This document shows, in pieces, positions 1 through 9,754 of a stretch of DNA of 64,000 nt. Numbering within the stretch: the first letter of the stretch is position 1; every line of letters begins with the position of its first letter. The notes under the pieces were generated by a model. That model made no database searches and had not been told where the DNA came from. It was given only the letters and a program-made list of their open reading frames with translations. The stretch is from assembly GCA_004562765.1 (NCBI GenBank), contig SFRL01000033.1, positions 5,052 through 69,051 on the forward strand. Direction: 5' to 3'. This DNA comes from a bacterium. GTDB lineage: Bacteria > Bacillota > Clostridia > Lachnospirales > Lachnospiraceae. The translations under genes and the position numbers were made by a program.

Positions 1-2
1 AT

Positions 3-1703
3 ATGAAAAAATCCGATGCATACGCTGAGCTTTATAAAAAGGGAAATAAAGAGGCGCAGGAAGTGGGGGAGAACTATGACCCCAATAAGGATCCAAATAT
101 CTGGATGCTCCGGGCGCAGACGATGGAAAACATCCAGTACGGCCAGGGTCACAGTTTTGTCCGGATGGTTGCAAAGCGTGACGGTCAAAGCTACAGTAGT
201 TATAGCTTTGGATTCTGGCCGCTTGCTATTACACCCGGAACAGGCTCCGTGACAATGGGCACCGTAAAAAATCCTGATCCCGACGCGTTGGAAGGATCGG
301 TCATTGAACATGCATTTCCGATCAGTTATGCGAATTACCTGCGCGCCGCAGCGAAGATACGTGGCGTTGTAGGTTCTCAGAGATCGTACTCATTTTTGGG
401 TTACAATTGCACATCCTTTGCAGCAGACATTGCAAAAGAGGCCGGTGTTGCAATTAAGGATGATGATTCGTCAGAAAAAATAAGAACCTTTAAATATCGT
501 TCGGCGCGAATTGATTCTCCGTATTCACTGGCAAAATTTATTCGTATGAAAAACAACGAAGAGCAGAATACAAACAACGATGGCGCAAGGAAACGGTCGC
601 AGACGGAAGTGCCGGAAGAAGTAAAGGAAAAGATCAAAGATATGAGCTTTCTTGAACAGACCGATGGGAAGATGCTTCAGGATATCATGGATATGGTGGA
701 TGAACAAAAGAAGATTGCGGATCATCCCGAGGATCAATTGACAATTGACATAAGCTATGATACAAAAGGTCGCGTTGCAAGAGATCAGCTCACAGCGGCG
801 TTCCTTTTTAATGCGCAAACCGGACTTATAGAAAAGCTGGAAGCGAATAAGTTGTTTCTAAGGTTACAGAATGCATTTGCACCAGGTCAGGATAACAATA
901 AAAGTCATTCTTATGCATTGCAACTGTTTCAGGCGATTTTGGAATCAACGAAACATTATTTGGAAGATATTGAAGAAAAGGTAGATGCTGAGATAGATGC
1001 TTATATATCGGGGCAAACAGGTACTGATATAGACAAACCGTATGACTTGTCGGGAGTCGATTTTCAGACAGCAATCCGAAAATTAGGAATAGCAAGAAGA
1101 CGTGATTGGATGATGAAAACCTTTGGATATCTTACCTCAACAGAGTATTTGTCAGCAGTGGTACAAAAACCGGAAATATTGGCAAAAGCAGTCATGAAAC
1201 TGAAGGAAGATCCTAAGGGAAAACAACGTGACGTGGATTTGGGAAACGACAGAATCTATCAGATCTTGGCAGGGGGGCAAACAGATGTAGGAAACTCTGA
1301 AATCCTAGAAAAAGGTACACTGCTTACCCGGATCAAAGATAATCCATTTTTTCAGAGTCCTATCTTGCCAAATGATACAATTGAGATGTTAGGTGAGTCT
1401 CTGGGTGTGTCTCCGGCAGAAATGGTACTGGATGCTATTTTAGAGATGAGCAAAACTTTGGAAGCAAAACAGATAGAAATGGAAGAAGGAGCCTTCGATA
1501 AGAAATCTGATTATGAAAAGGTCAATGATATGATTAATCTGAGGTCAGCACATGAGGATCTATTTGGAAAGGAATCTGTTTTAGAAGGACCTGTAAGAAA
1601 CTTTATTATTTCCACATGTTCGGATCCGGATAAACTGAAGCAGGCGATTAGAGATGGATTAGCGTATAATGGATATCTTTTTAGAGAGATCCTTTATGTA
1701 TGA
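3..1703 (+). CDS. Putative effector with a permuted NlpC/P60 (papain-like) peptidase domain; may be 5'-truncated by the window edge
   Basis: His motif GHSFVRM, then FGFWP, then Cys motif YSFLGYNCTSF and a distal SPYSL, i.e. His before Cys. Stop overlaps the next ATG (ATGA at 1700-1703). Confidence 0.55.
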   Translation: MKKSDAYAELYKKGNKEAQEVGENYDPNKDPNIWMLRAQTMENIQYGQGHSFVRMVAKRDGQSYSSYSFGFWPLAITPGTGSVTMGTVKNPDPDALEGSVIEHAFPISYANYLRAAAKIRGVVGSQRSYSFLGYNCTSFAADIAKEAGVAIKDDDSSEKIRTFKYRSARIDSPYSLAKFIRMKNNEEQNTNNDGARKRSQTEVPEEVKEKIKDMSFLEQTDGKMLQDIMDMVDEQKKIADHPEDQLTIDISYDTKGRVARDQLTAAFLFNAQTGLIEKLEANKLFLRLQNAFAPGQDNNKSHSYALQLFQAILESTKHYLEDIEEKVDAEIDAYISGQTGTDIDKPYDLSGVDFQTAIRKLGIARRRDWMMKTFGYLTSTEYLSAVVQKPEILAKAVMKLKEDPKGKQRDVDLGNDRIYQILAGGQTDVGNSEILEKGTLLTRIKDNPFFQSPILPNDTIEMLGESLGVSPAEMVLDAILEMSKTLEAKQIEMEEGAFDKKSDYEKVNDMINLRSAHEDLFGKESVLEGPVRNFIISTCSDPDKLKQAIRDGLAYNGYLFREILYV

Positions 1704-3844
1704 GAAACGAGGATATCAGGATGTTGCTTGATTTTGAACAGTATTATGACGGGAGTATACACCAGCTGCCATATGATTCGGGCCTTGAGGAAACGTATGA
1801 CTATCTGACATGGATCGACATGTTTCTGGATATTTATGCGCGATCTGACGAGCAGTTGAAGGAAGAAAGCAATGCAGAGAAGAAGGTTTTTTTACTTCGG
1901 GGAATGGAATTTTTAAAGTCCAGAAGAAATGCCTCTGTTGGCAGGGCATTTGATCCGGAGCAAGGGATGAGTCTGACCTACATTGCTTCCGGGTTTGGAC
2001 TTTCAGGCTTTTCCTTCTTCTGTTTGTTGCTGGCGGTTGCTCCGCAAATGGAAATGAAATATGTCTATCAATACAGGGAACTACAAGCGCAAATGGGCGA
2101 AGTCAGATATGTGACCTTTGAGCTGGCGTCAAGCCTGTATGCGCTTTTGGCCGATGAGGAGGAGCTTCTCGCCATGCCCGCGGGACAGGGAGCGGTGCGA
2201 AGGTGTCCGCTTTTTGTGATTCATGAGGAGCATGGGTCAGAATCGGAATTACTTGTTGGTTTTTCACTGCTTCCTCAGGTGAGTGCACTATTGCGGGGAG
2301 ATCTAGGGATTCCGAGGAGCTTGCAGCAGTTTTGCGTGGAGACAGACAGATCAGAAGCACCTGCTATGATCGTTGGAACGGAACATCTGGAAAAGCTGAG
2401 AAACTACCTGAACGGAAATCCCCGCGGATTGATACAGATCGCCGGCAAGCACTTGTGCGGAAAGAAATCATTAATTGCAAACAGCGTCATTGGAAGATCT
2501 GTTTTATTTGTGGATTTTGAAAAGCTGATGGCATTATCTGATCGGGATAAAGGAAAAAAGATCAACGATCTTTTGACGAGATGTGTGCTTTTGGATGAAC
2601 AGCTTGTATTGGTACATGTGAATCTCAGTGAGGAATACTACCGGCTGACGATCGCGCTCTTAGATCTGTGCTTTCTGTATGTAGATCGTGTTTTGATCAC
2701 AACCGTGGATACCACGGGGGCGACGGACCTGGCCATGACCTATCCGTTTTTTCTTATGCAGATCCCTGCCTTGAGCGTACAGGAAGCGCAGACGGCGTGG
2801 CACTATTACGGAGACCGGTATGCCCTGGAAGAGCTTATTGATCTGGATAATTATGCAGACCAGTATGGCCTCAGCGTCGGGCAGATCGCGTGTGCATTTG
2901 ATCTGGCGGAAAAAAGCAGGATGTATAGCGGGCAGGATAAAATAACGCACAAAGGACTGCAGGAAGCCATCAGACAGCTGATGCCAAAAGAGATCGCGAA
3001 GCTTGCAACGAAGATCAAGGTGCAGTATGAGTGGGATGATCTGAAGATCGGTGCGGAAGAAAAGAAGACGCTGCAGCTCGCCTGTGCAAGGATGAAATAC
3101 AGAAACCGTGTCAACGAGGAATGGGGCTTTGGGCAGAAGGTACTCTATGGCCGTGGCGTGAGTGTGCTATTGTACGGACCTCCGGGAACCGGAAAAACCA
3201 TGGCAGCACAGGTGATGGCGCAGGAGCTTGGCATGGATCTGTACCGTATAGACCTCTCACAGATGGTGGATAAATATATCGGAGAGACGGAAAAAAATAT
3301 CGGTAAGGTGTTTGATTATGCGGCTGATAGTAATTGTATCCTGTTTTTTGATGAGGCGGATGCGATCTTTTCAAAGAGAACGGATGTGTCAAACTCCAAT
3401 GACAGGCATGCAAACAATGAGATCGCCTATCTGCTGCAGAAATTAGAGCAGTTTGAGGGCTTTGTCATTTTGGCCACAAATATCTTTAACAATTTTGATA
3501 ATGCATTTATCCGAAGGCTCACATACATTGTAAAAATGCAGCTGCCTTCCGTCGAGACAAGGATCAGCATGGCACATGGGATGCTGCCTGCGGAGGCACC
3601 GGTGGATCCGTCCTTTGATATTGAGCGCCTTGCGAGAAACTTCGAGCTTGGTGGTGCGGAATTGAAATCGGTATTGTACGGGGCTGCCTTTATCGCAATG
3701 GAGGAAAAAGCGCGGATGTCAGAGTCCCATCTGATCCGTTCATTAAAATATGAGCTTTCGAAAAAGGAACTGGTATTGACAGAGGCAGAGGTGTATATGC
3801 GATATCGCGAGGAGAAACCTACTGGCAACGTATTTGGCAGCTGA
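1700..3844 (+). CDS. AAA+ ATPase, Afp15/Pvc15-like (contractile injection system-associated type)
   Basis: Walker [28 protein letters not shown], Walker [24 protein letters not shown]; long N-terminal region with a degenerate first P-loop (GKHLCGKKS). Confidence 0.8.
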   Translation: MRNEDIRMLLDFEQYYDGSIHQLPYDSGLEETYDYLTWIDMFLDIYARSDEQLKEESNAEKKVFLLRGMEFLKSRRNASVGRAFDPEQGMSLTYIASGFGLSGFSFFCLLLAVAPQMEMKYVYQYRELQAQMGEVRYVTFELASSLYALLADEEELLAMPAGQGAVRRCPLFVIHEEHGSESELLVGFSLLPQVSALLRGDLGIPRSLQQFCVETDRSEAPAMIVGTEHLEKLRNYLNGNPRGLIQIAGKHLCGKKSLIANSVIGRSVLFVDFEKLMALSDRDKGKKINDLLTRCVLLDEQLVLVHVNLSEEYYRLTIALLDLCFLYVDRVLITTVDTTGATDLAMTYPFFLMQIPALSVQEAQTAWHYYGDRYALEELIDLDNYADQYGLSVGQIACAFDLAEKSRMYSGQDKITHKGLQEAIRQLMPKEIAKLATKIKVQYEWDDLKIGAEEKKTLQLACARMKYRNRVNEEWGFGQKVLYGRGVSVLLYGPPGTGKTMAAQVMAQELGMDLYRIDLSQMVDKYIGETEKNIGKVFDYAADSNCILFFDEADAIFSKRTDVSNSNDRHANNEIAYLLQKLEQFEGFVILATNIFNNFDNAFIRRLTYIVKMQLPSVETRISMAHGMLPAEAPVDPSFDIERLARNFELGGAELKSVLYGAAFIAMEEKARMSESHLIRSLKYELSKKELVLTEAEVYMRYREEKPTGNVFGS

Positions 3845-3953
3845 TTCGAAATGTGATGGATGATCATCCCATATTATACAGGAATGCGGCATTTACAAAT
3901 CTCTCATTCGGTGTTAAAATGTTGCGTAGATTAGTTATATTGGGAGGAAGACT

Positions 3954-5099
3954 ATGCTTCAGATAGAGGAGTGGTTTCGCAGACCTCAGCGCAGGACAGA
4001 GCGAAAGACAGCGTCGGCGGTGAAACCGATGGCTGCTCAGGTACATAGATCACAGGAGACGGCGGAAGCGTTTGCGGCAGTTTCGAAAACAGTCGAGTCG
4101 AAAGCGGTTGAGCCGGAAGCAGTAGAGCCGGAAGAGAAACATTTGAGCGACACACAGAAGCCGGAAAAGCAGAATTTGGCGCGCACACTGCAGACTCCGC
4201 TTGCAGATGCACCCGAGGACATGTTTGAACCGGAAGAGGCGGTTTTCTGTGAGCACAGTGAGGACGAGTCACAGGAGAACGTGGATATTCAGGATTCCGT
4301 CGCAGAAGCAGAGGAACTGGAGCATATTTCAGAGCAGATAGGGCAGGATGTAACAGATATGATCGATATGAAAAAAGAAGATTTTTTACTACAGCAGATC
4401 GATGAGTTTCGTGAGAAAGCAAAGCAGCTGCAGCAGCTGATGAAGAACCGTGAGACAAAGGCAAAGGAATTGCAGGAGACCGTGGACGCGCGAGAGGCAA
4501 AGGCAAGTGAGCTGGACAGCCTGATCCATGTGCGAAAAGGTGAGGCGGACAAGATCATGAAAAATGTTTCCGTCCGTATTGATTCCATGTCTGCCGGTGT
4601 GAGAACAGAGATGTCCGATCTTTCCAATTCGCTCAGCAAAGAGGTAAACGGTCTCACAAGGAATCTGACGCACGAATTAAACCAGTCTACAGAAAAGACC
4701 CGTCAGGTGGTGGAGGCTGCCACACAGACGATGATCGACCAGAATACGCGCAGTCTGGAGGGCTTAAAGGAGCAACTGGAGCAGCTGGGTCACAAAGAGC
4801 AGATCAATGAGCTGTCCACGGAGATGAACAGTCAGATCACTACATTGAAGACGGATATCGCAGACAAGATCCACGCCGAGGACGTGAAGTGTTATCGCAA
4901 CATTCAGGCTTCCATGGACGAGCAGAGCAAGCTGCTGTCCGAGGGAGACGAGAAAACACGTCAGCATATCAAAGAGCAGGTAGACAACCTGAGCCGGCAG
5001 ATGCGCAGCCAGGCGAAGCTTGCAAAGGCATCACTGACCTTTGCGATCCTCAATTTCCTCGGAGTCGTGGGAATACTGCTGTACCTGATCTTAGTCTAA
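3954..5099 (+). CDS. Hypothetical coiled-coil protein with acidic N-terminus and C-terminal membrane anchor
   Basis: RBS GGGAGGAA; E/P/A-rich N-terminus, heptad-like helical core, hydrophobic C-terminal helix. Confidence 0.75.
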   Translation: MLQIEEWFRRPQRRTERKTASAVKPMAAQVHRSQETAEAFAAVSKTVESKAVEPEAVEPEEKHLSDTQKPEKQNLARTLQTPLADAPEDMFEPEEAVFCEHSEDESQENVDIQDSVAEAEELEHISEQIGQDVTDMIDMKKEDFLLQQIDEFREKAKQLQQLMKNRETKAKELQETVDAREAKASELDSLIHVRKGEADKIMKNVSVRIDSMSAGVRTEMSDLSNSLSKEVNGLTRNLTHELNQSTEKTRQVVEAATQTMIDQNTRSLEGLKEQLEQLGHKEQINELSTEMNSQITTLKTDIADKIHAEDVKCYRNIQASMDEQSKLLSEGDEKTRQHIKEQVDNLSRQMRSQAKLAKASLTFAILNFLGVVGILLYLILV

Positions 5100-5124
5100 A
5101 TAAAGAGAGATAGGAATATAACAT

Positions 5125-6783
5125 ATGAGTTATAGTGAAACTAACAGTGTCTGGGTTGTCGGTCATAAAAATCCGGACACTGATTCTACTTGCGCGGCGA
5201 TTGCATACGCCGCCTTAAAAAATCAGACAGAACGCGAACATTACGAGGCAAAGCGTGCCGGGGCGATGAACGGAGAGACGACCTATGTGCTGGATTATTT
5301 TGGCGTGGAAGCGCCGGAACTGATCCGTGATGTGGGTGCACAGGTCAAGGATATCAATATTCGCCGCACAGCTGGTGTCCGTGCTGGCATCACGCTGAAA
5401 AAAGCGTGGGAACTCATGCAGACAGAGCGCGTGGTGACGTTGCCGATCGTCAACGAGGAGCGCAAGCTGATCGGACTGATCTCCAACAATGATATTGCAA
5501 TGTGCTACATGGAGGTATCCAATCTGGAGAGCCTTTCGCAGGCAAGACCCCAGTACAGAAATATCATCGAAACGCTGAACGGTACACTGCTGACCGGAAA
5601 TGAGCACGGCATTTTTATGCACGGAAAGGTGGAAGTGGCTGCCGGAAACAAGGAGCGTGTCGAAGAGTACATAGAGAAGGACGATCTGGTCATTCTCGGT
5701 GACCGTGAGGAGATGCAGCGCCTCTCACTGGAACTGGATGTGAGCTGTATGGTCATCTGCGGAGGTTCTCAGGTGTCATCGGAGATTCTGGAGATGGCAA
5801 AGCGCAGGGATTGTGTGCTGATCTCTACGCCTTATGATACCTTTACGACGGCGCGTCTGATCAACCAGAGCATGCCGATCAAGTCCATCATGACCAAAAA
5901 GGGACTGGTGACCTTTGAACTGGAGGATTACGTGGACTATATCCGTGATGTGATGTCTAAGGAGCGCCATCGTGACTTTCCGGTATTGGATGAAAACGGA
6001 GATTATGTGGGCATGATCTCCCGCAGAAATCTGTTAAACATGCAGAAAAAGCGTGTGATCCTGGTGGATCATAACGAAAAGACGCAGGCAGTGGATGGTA
6101 TTTCGGGAGCAGAGATCCTGGAGATCATCGATCATCACAGACTTGGAAGCCTGGAGACGATGTCACCGGTATTTTTCCGCAATCAGCCGCTAGGTTCTAC
6201 TTCTTCGATCGTATGGAGAATGTACCAGGAAAAGGGTGTGGAAGTAGACGAAAAGATCGCAGGACTTCTCTGTGCAGCGATCATTTCCGATACATTGATG
6301 TTCCGATCACCGACCTGTACGGCTTATGATAAAGAAGCCGCAGAAGAATTGGCAAAGATCGCCGGTATTGACATTGAGACCTTTGCCAGCAATATGTTCC
6401 GCGCGGGCAGTGATTTCAGCAAAAAGAGCATCGAGGAGATCTGTTATCTTGATTTTAAGACATTTACAGCAGAGAAGATCACCTTCGGTGTCAGCCAGAT
6501 CAGTGCAATGAGTGCTCTGGATCTCGAGGATGTCAAGCAGCGTGTACAGGGGTATTTGGAGACGATGCTTTTGGAGCGCAAGCTGGACATGGTATTTATC
6601 ATGCTGACCAATATCGTCATGGAACAGTCGGAGATCCTGTGTGCCGGAGAAGGTGCGCGCAGAGTGCTCGGACTGGCATTCCGTGATGCGGGAGAGGAAC
6701 AGGAAGAAGTACTGCTGCGCGGTGTCGTTTCCCGCAAAAAGCAGTTTATCCCGGAGCTGATCCGTGCAATGCAGGAGTCGTAA
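5125..6783 (+). CDS. ppaC: Mn-dependent inorganic pyrophosphatase (family II) with CBS-DRTGG-CBS insert
   Basis: GHKNPDTDS, LVDHNE, IIDHHR, SDTLMFRSPT, GVVSRKKQ; CBS and DRTGG-like (LGDR) insert. Confidence 0.93.
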   Translation: MSYSETNSVWVVGHKNPDTDSTCAAIAYAALKNQTEREHYEAKRAGAMNGETTYVLDYFGVEAPELIRDVGAQVKDINIRRTAGVRAGITLKKAWELMQTERVVTLPIVNEERKLIGLISNNDIAMCYMEVSNLESLSQARPQYRNIIETLNGTLLTGNEHGIFMHGKVEVAAGNKERVEEYIEKDDLVILGDREEMQRLSLELDVSCMVICGGSQVSSEILEMAKRRDCVLISTPYDTFTTARLINQSMPIKSIMTKKGLVTFELEDYVDYIRDVMSKERHRDFPVLDENGDYVGMISRRNLLNMQKKRVILVDHNEKTQAVDGISGAEILEIIDHHRLGSLETMSPVFFRNQPLGSTSSIVWRMYQEKGVEVDEKIAGLLCAAIISDTLMFRSPTCTAYDKEAAEELAKIAGIDIETFASNMFRAGSDFSKKSIEEICYLDFKTFTAEKITFGVSQISAMSALDLEDVKQRVQGYLETMLLERKLDMVFIMLTNIVMEQSEILCAGEGARRVLGLAFRDAGEEQEEVLLRGVVSRKKQFIPELIRAMQES

Positions 6784-6784
6784 G

Positions 6785-7390
6785 ATGAGGCAGAATGTGA
6801 AAGAAAAAACCGTGAAGCAAATGACAAAACAGACATGGAAGCCCGGGAACATGCTTTATCCGGTTCCGGCAGTCATGGTGAGTGTGGCGCGTCCGGATGA
6901 AAAACCGAATATCATCACGGTGGCATGGGCGGGTACGATCAACTCCGATCCGGCGATGCTGTCCATCTCCGTGCGGAAGGAGCGTTACTCCCATGCGATC
7001 CTGTGCGAGACGAAGGAATTTGTAGTTAATCTGGTGAGTGAACCGCTGGTGCGTGCTTGCGACTACTGCGGCGTCCGTTCCGGCAGAGATGTGGATAAAT
7101 TTGCGCAGATGAAGCTGACCCCTGTATCCGTGGAGGGAGTCAATGCCCCGGCCATCGCAGAAAGCCCGGTCAGCCTCGCCTGCAAAGTGACGCAGATCAT
7201 CCCTCTGGGCAGCCATGACATGTTTCTCGCCGAGATCGTCAGCGTGACGGTAGACGAGCGCTACATGGACGAAAAAGGGACGTTTCATCTGAATGATGCG
7301 GGACTGGTGGCGTACTCGCATGGAACTTACTTCAGGCTTGGCAAAGAGCTGGGCACCTTTGGATTTAGTGTGAGGAAGAAGCGAAACTGA
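6785..7390 (+). CDS. Flavin reductase family protein (start may be 6821)
   Basis: KPGNMLYPVPAVMVS, PNIITVAW, CGVRSGRDVDKF, APAIAESP, LGSHDMF. Confidence 0.9.
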   Translation: MRQNVKEKTVKQMTKQTWKPGNMLYPVPAVMVSVARPDEKPNIITVAWAGTINSDPAMLSISVRKERYSHAILCETKEFVVNLVSEPLVRACDYCGVRSGRDVDKFAQMKLTPVSVEGVNAPAIAESPVSLACKVTQIIPLGSHDMFLAEIVSVTVDERYMDEKGTFHLNDAGLVAYSHGTYFRLGKELGTFGFSVRKKRN

Positions 7391-7418
7391 CGAGGAATAG
7401 TGTGACGAGATGTAAAAG

Positions 7419-7559
7419 AAAAACGAGATGCATTTCTCTGCGATTTTGCCCGACCGAGCTTGACGAGGGGAAACGAGGTCTGGGATGACCTCGGATTTGA
7501 CCCGACCGAAGCGGAGCGTAGAAAGGGCAATCGAGCAGAAAATGTATCTCGTTTTTTTT
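7419..7559. repeat. Long imperfect inverted-repeat element ending in a T-tract (REP/MITE-like, terminator-like)
   Basis: Arms AAAAACGAGATGCATTTCTCTGCGATTTTGCCC and GGGCAATCGAGCAGAAAATGTATCTCGTTTTT; inner hairpin CGAGGTC-tgggat-GACCTCG; CCCGACCGA occurs twice inside. Confidence 0.7.
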
Positions 7560-7565
7560 AGTAAT

Positions 7566-7954
7566 GTGCGCCTAGCGGCGTACGTTTCCAACAGGTGCAA
7601 GTCCTGAATCCGCCCGGTAGTGGGAAGGATACAGCTGAAAGCAAGGGTGTCTATCGTGAGGTGGAAGCTGAAGGAAGCTGGATGTGGGGAACATACTAAC
7701 CCACGGGCAAATCTCTGGTCTGACGAACAGAAATCACATATGAGGTTATGAATGAGGGTAAGGCTGCGTTTCAAGTCGAAGCCCAATAACTACACGGAAT
7801 AGCAAGCATGAAGCAGAAAATAGATGACATCAACGGATGGCTCTATCACAGAATACGTATGTGTATATGGAAACAATGGAAGAAGCCTAAAACAAAGGTG
7901 AGAAAGACTGATAAACAGTGGCTTTTATGATTTAGTCACCGTCTCCTACTCGAT
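7566..7954 (+). mobile_element. Internally deleted group II intron remnant (bacterial class IIC)
   Basis: 5' end GTGCG just after a hairpin and T-tract; 3' end CTCCTACTCGAT; maturase fragments ASMKQKIDDINGWLYHRIRMCIWKQWKKPKTK (from 7802) and ERLINSGFYDL in another frame; no RT core or domain V. Confidence 0.85.
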
Positions 7955-7975
7955 TTAGAAGGTCTGCAGAGAGGT

Positions 7976-8032
7976 AAACCAATGGTAGAATGTCCAATTA
8001 TGCCTATAAATCGGCGATTCTACCGATGGTAG
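7976..8032. promoter_or_regulatory. Two palindromic operator candidates for the XRE regulator
   Basis: AAACCAATGGTAG (7976-7988) and the perfect palindrome CTACC-gat-GGTAG (8020-8032), upstream of the HTH gene. Confidence 0.55.
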
Positions 8033-8083
8033 GTAGCCGGATCGGATGACAACTGATATGCTGAGATTCGAAAGGACGTAACA

Positions 8084-8626
8084 ATGGATAAGGAGAGGAT
8101 GGGGGCATTTATTTCCCGGATTCGAAAAGAAAAGAAGCTGACACAGAAGGAGCTTGCTGAGCAGCTGCATGTGACTGACAAGGCAGTATCAAAATGGGAA
8201 CGTGGCATGAGTTACCCGGATATTTCAATGTTGGAATCAATTGCAGAGATTCTGGAGATATCCGTTCTGGAACTTCTGGAGGGAGAACGGATCAGTGATG
8301 ATGCGTCGATCGAAAAAGAGGAAGCCCAACAGCTGCTATGCCAGTCGATTTCTATTTCGGATGATGAAATAAACAGAAAACATATCAGAAGTAAATCCAT
8401 CATACTGTTTGCTGCGTTGATCATCATGCTTTTACTATCGATCATACTGAATATCCTTAATTACGAGAGGGATGATGGGAAGGCGATGCTTTCCGTGGAT
8501 TCCGGCGCATATGAAACGGTGCTGGATGATAATGGAACAGTCGTATTCACCGATCCACAGAAGGCACTTGAACAGCTGGCGAAGGATCTTGGAGTGTCAG
8601 ATGCGTATAAAAAGGAGGTTCAATGA
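8084..8626 (+). CDS. XRE-family HTH regulator with a transmembrane helix
   Basis: LTQKELAEQLHVTDKAVSKWERG..YPDI; one hydrophobic helix then a short C-terminal domain. Confidence 0.9.
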   Translation: MDKERMGAFISRIRKEKKLTQKELAEQLHVTDKAVSKWERGMSYPDISMLESIAEILEISVLELLEGERISDDASIEKEEAQQLLCQSISISDDEINRKHIRSKSIILFAALIIMLLLSIILNILNYERDDGKAMLSVDSGAYETVLDDNGTVVFTDPQKALEQLAKDLGVSDAYKKEVQ

Positions 8627-8627
8627 T

Positions 8628-9728
8628 ATGGATATCGTGACTGGTTTTATGATCATCATACTTGCGCTTATTCTTCTCTGGCAGATGAAGCCTGCACCGA
8701 AAGGAACATTTTATGAGAATAGCTTTTCGCTCGCGGTCAGTAAGGGTATTCAGGGCTTTTTTGCATTATTGATCATCGCGCATCACGTGTACATATTCCT
8801 GAATACAAGAGGAATTGCTGCGGAGTCATTGCAATGTTTTGAACATGCAGGGGTGCTTTTGATCGGGTTTTTCTTTTTCTGCTCCGGCTATGGACTGATC
8901 ATCAGTTTTCACACAAAACAGAATTATTTAAAGGGATTTGTGGTAAAGCGTGTGCTGATCGTTTTGGTTCCGTTTTTCATCTGTAATTATGCATATCTGA
9001 GCGTGGAATTACTGCTCGGAAGCCGGTTTCGCATATCGGAACTGATTGCTGCGTTCTTTGGAGTATTGCTGTTGAACTCACAAATGTGGTTTGCTGTAGA
9101 GATTATGTGTCTATACCTTATTTTCTATCTGCTTTTTTCACATGTGAAAGATGAGAAATGTTCCATTGCGATCATTGTCCTGATCATCGTGGGAATGAGT
9201 GCATTGACGATGCTGAATTGCAGAAGCTATGAGCTGTCCAACTGGTATTGGGGAGAGTGGTGGTATAACACCACCATGCTGTTTCCGATCGGAATGATCG
9301 TAGCGGAAAAAAAAGATCTGCTGAGAAGTCTGGCTGTGAAGCATTACCGGATCCTTTTGACGATCTCGTTTGTCGGTTTTACGATATTCCGATTGCTCAG
9401 CAACAGAGAGCTGCATCTTCGCGGTTACTGGACGATGAAGATGATGGATAAGGTACAGGCATATCTGCTTCAGGTGCCAAGCGTCATATTCTTTGTGATG
9501 CTGCTCGTGTTGATCCTGTTAAAGGTGAGGGTCGGCAATCCGCTGCTTGATTTTCTGGGCAAATTTTCGCTGGAGATCATATTGGTGAACGGCGTGTTTT
9601 TGAGGCTTTTTCTGGGGATCATGCAGACATATGGGCTTGTCTGTTATCTGTGCCTGACATTTGTGGGAACGATTTTATCAGCAGTACTGTTATATAAATT
9701 GAAACGAAGTATTCTAGAATTGAAGTAG
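8628..9728 (+). CDS. Acyltransferase family 3 (OafA-like) membrane protein
   Basis: RBS AAGGAGG; IIAHH, FFFCSGYGL, KRVLIVLVPF, MWF, FLGKFSLEI; multi-pass hydrophobic. Confidence 0.85.
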   Translation: MDIVTGFMIIILALILLWQMKPAPKGTFYENSFSLAVSKGIQGFFALLIIAHHVYIFLNTRGIAAESLQCFEHAGVLLIGFFFFCSGYGLIISFHTKQNYLKGFVVKRVLIVLVPFFICNYAYLSVELLLGSRFRISELIAAFFGVLLLNSQMWFAVEIMCLYLIFYLLFSHVKDEKCSIAIIVLIIVGMSALTMLNCRSYELSNWYWGEWWYNTTMLFPIGMIVAEKKDLLRSLAVKHYRILLTISFVGFTIFRLLSNRELHLRGYWTMKMMDKVQAYLLQVPSVIFFVMLLVLILLKVRVGNPLLDFLGKFSLEIILVNGVFLRLFLGIMQTYGLVCYLCLTFVGTILSAVLLYKLKRSILELK

Positions 9729-9754
9729 TCGTTGTATGACAGAAGGAGGATCTG

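Noticed and set aside
6746..7786. 346-aa minus-strand ORF
   Set aside because: Antisense to the flavin reductase and the intron remnant, with no recognisable motifs.
7802..7930. Active reverse transcriptase system (retron, DGR or mobile intron)
   Set aside because: Only short maturase fragments remain; no YADD core and no template/variable repeat pair seen.
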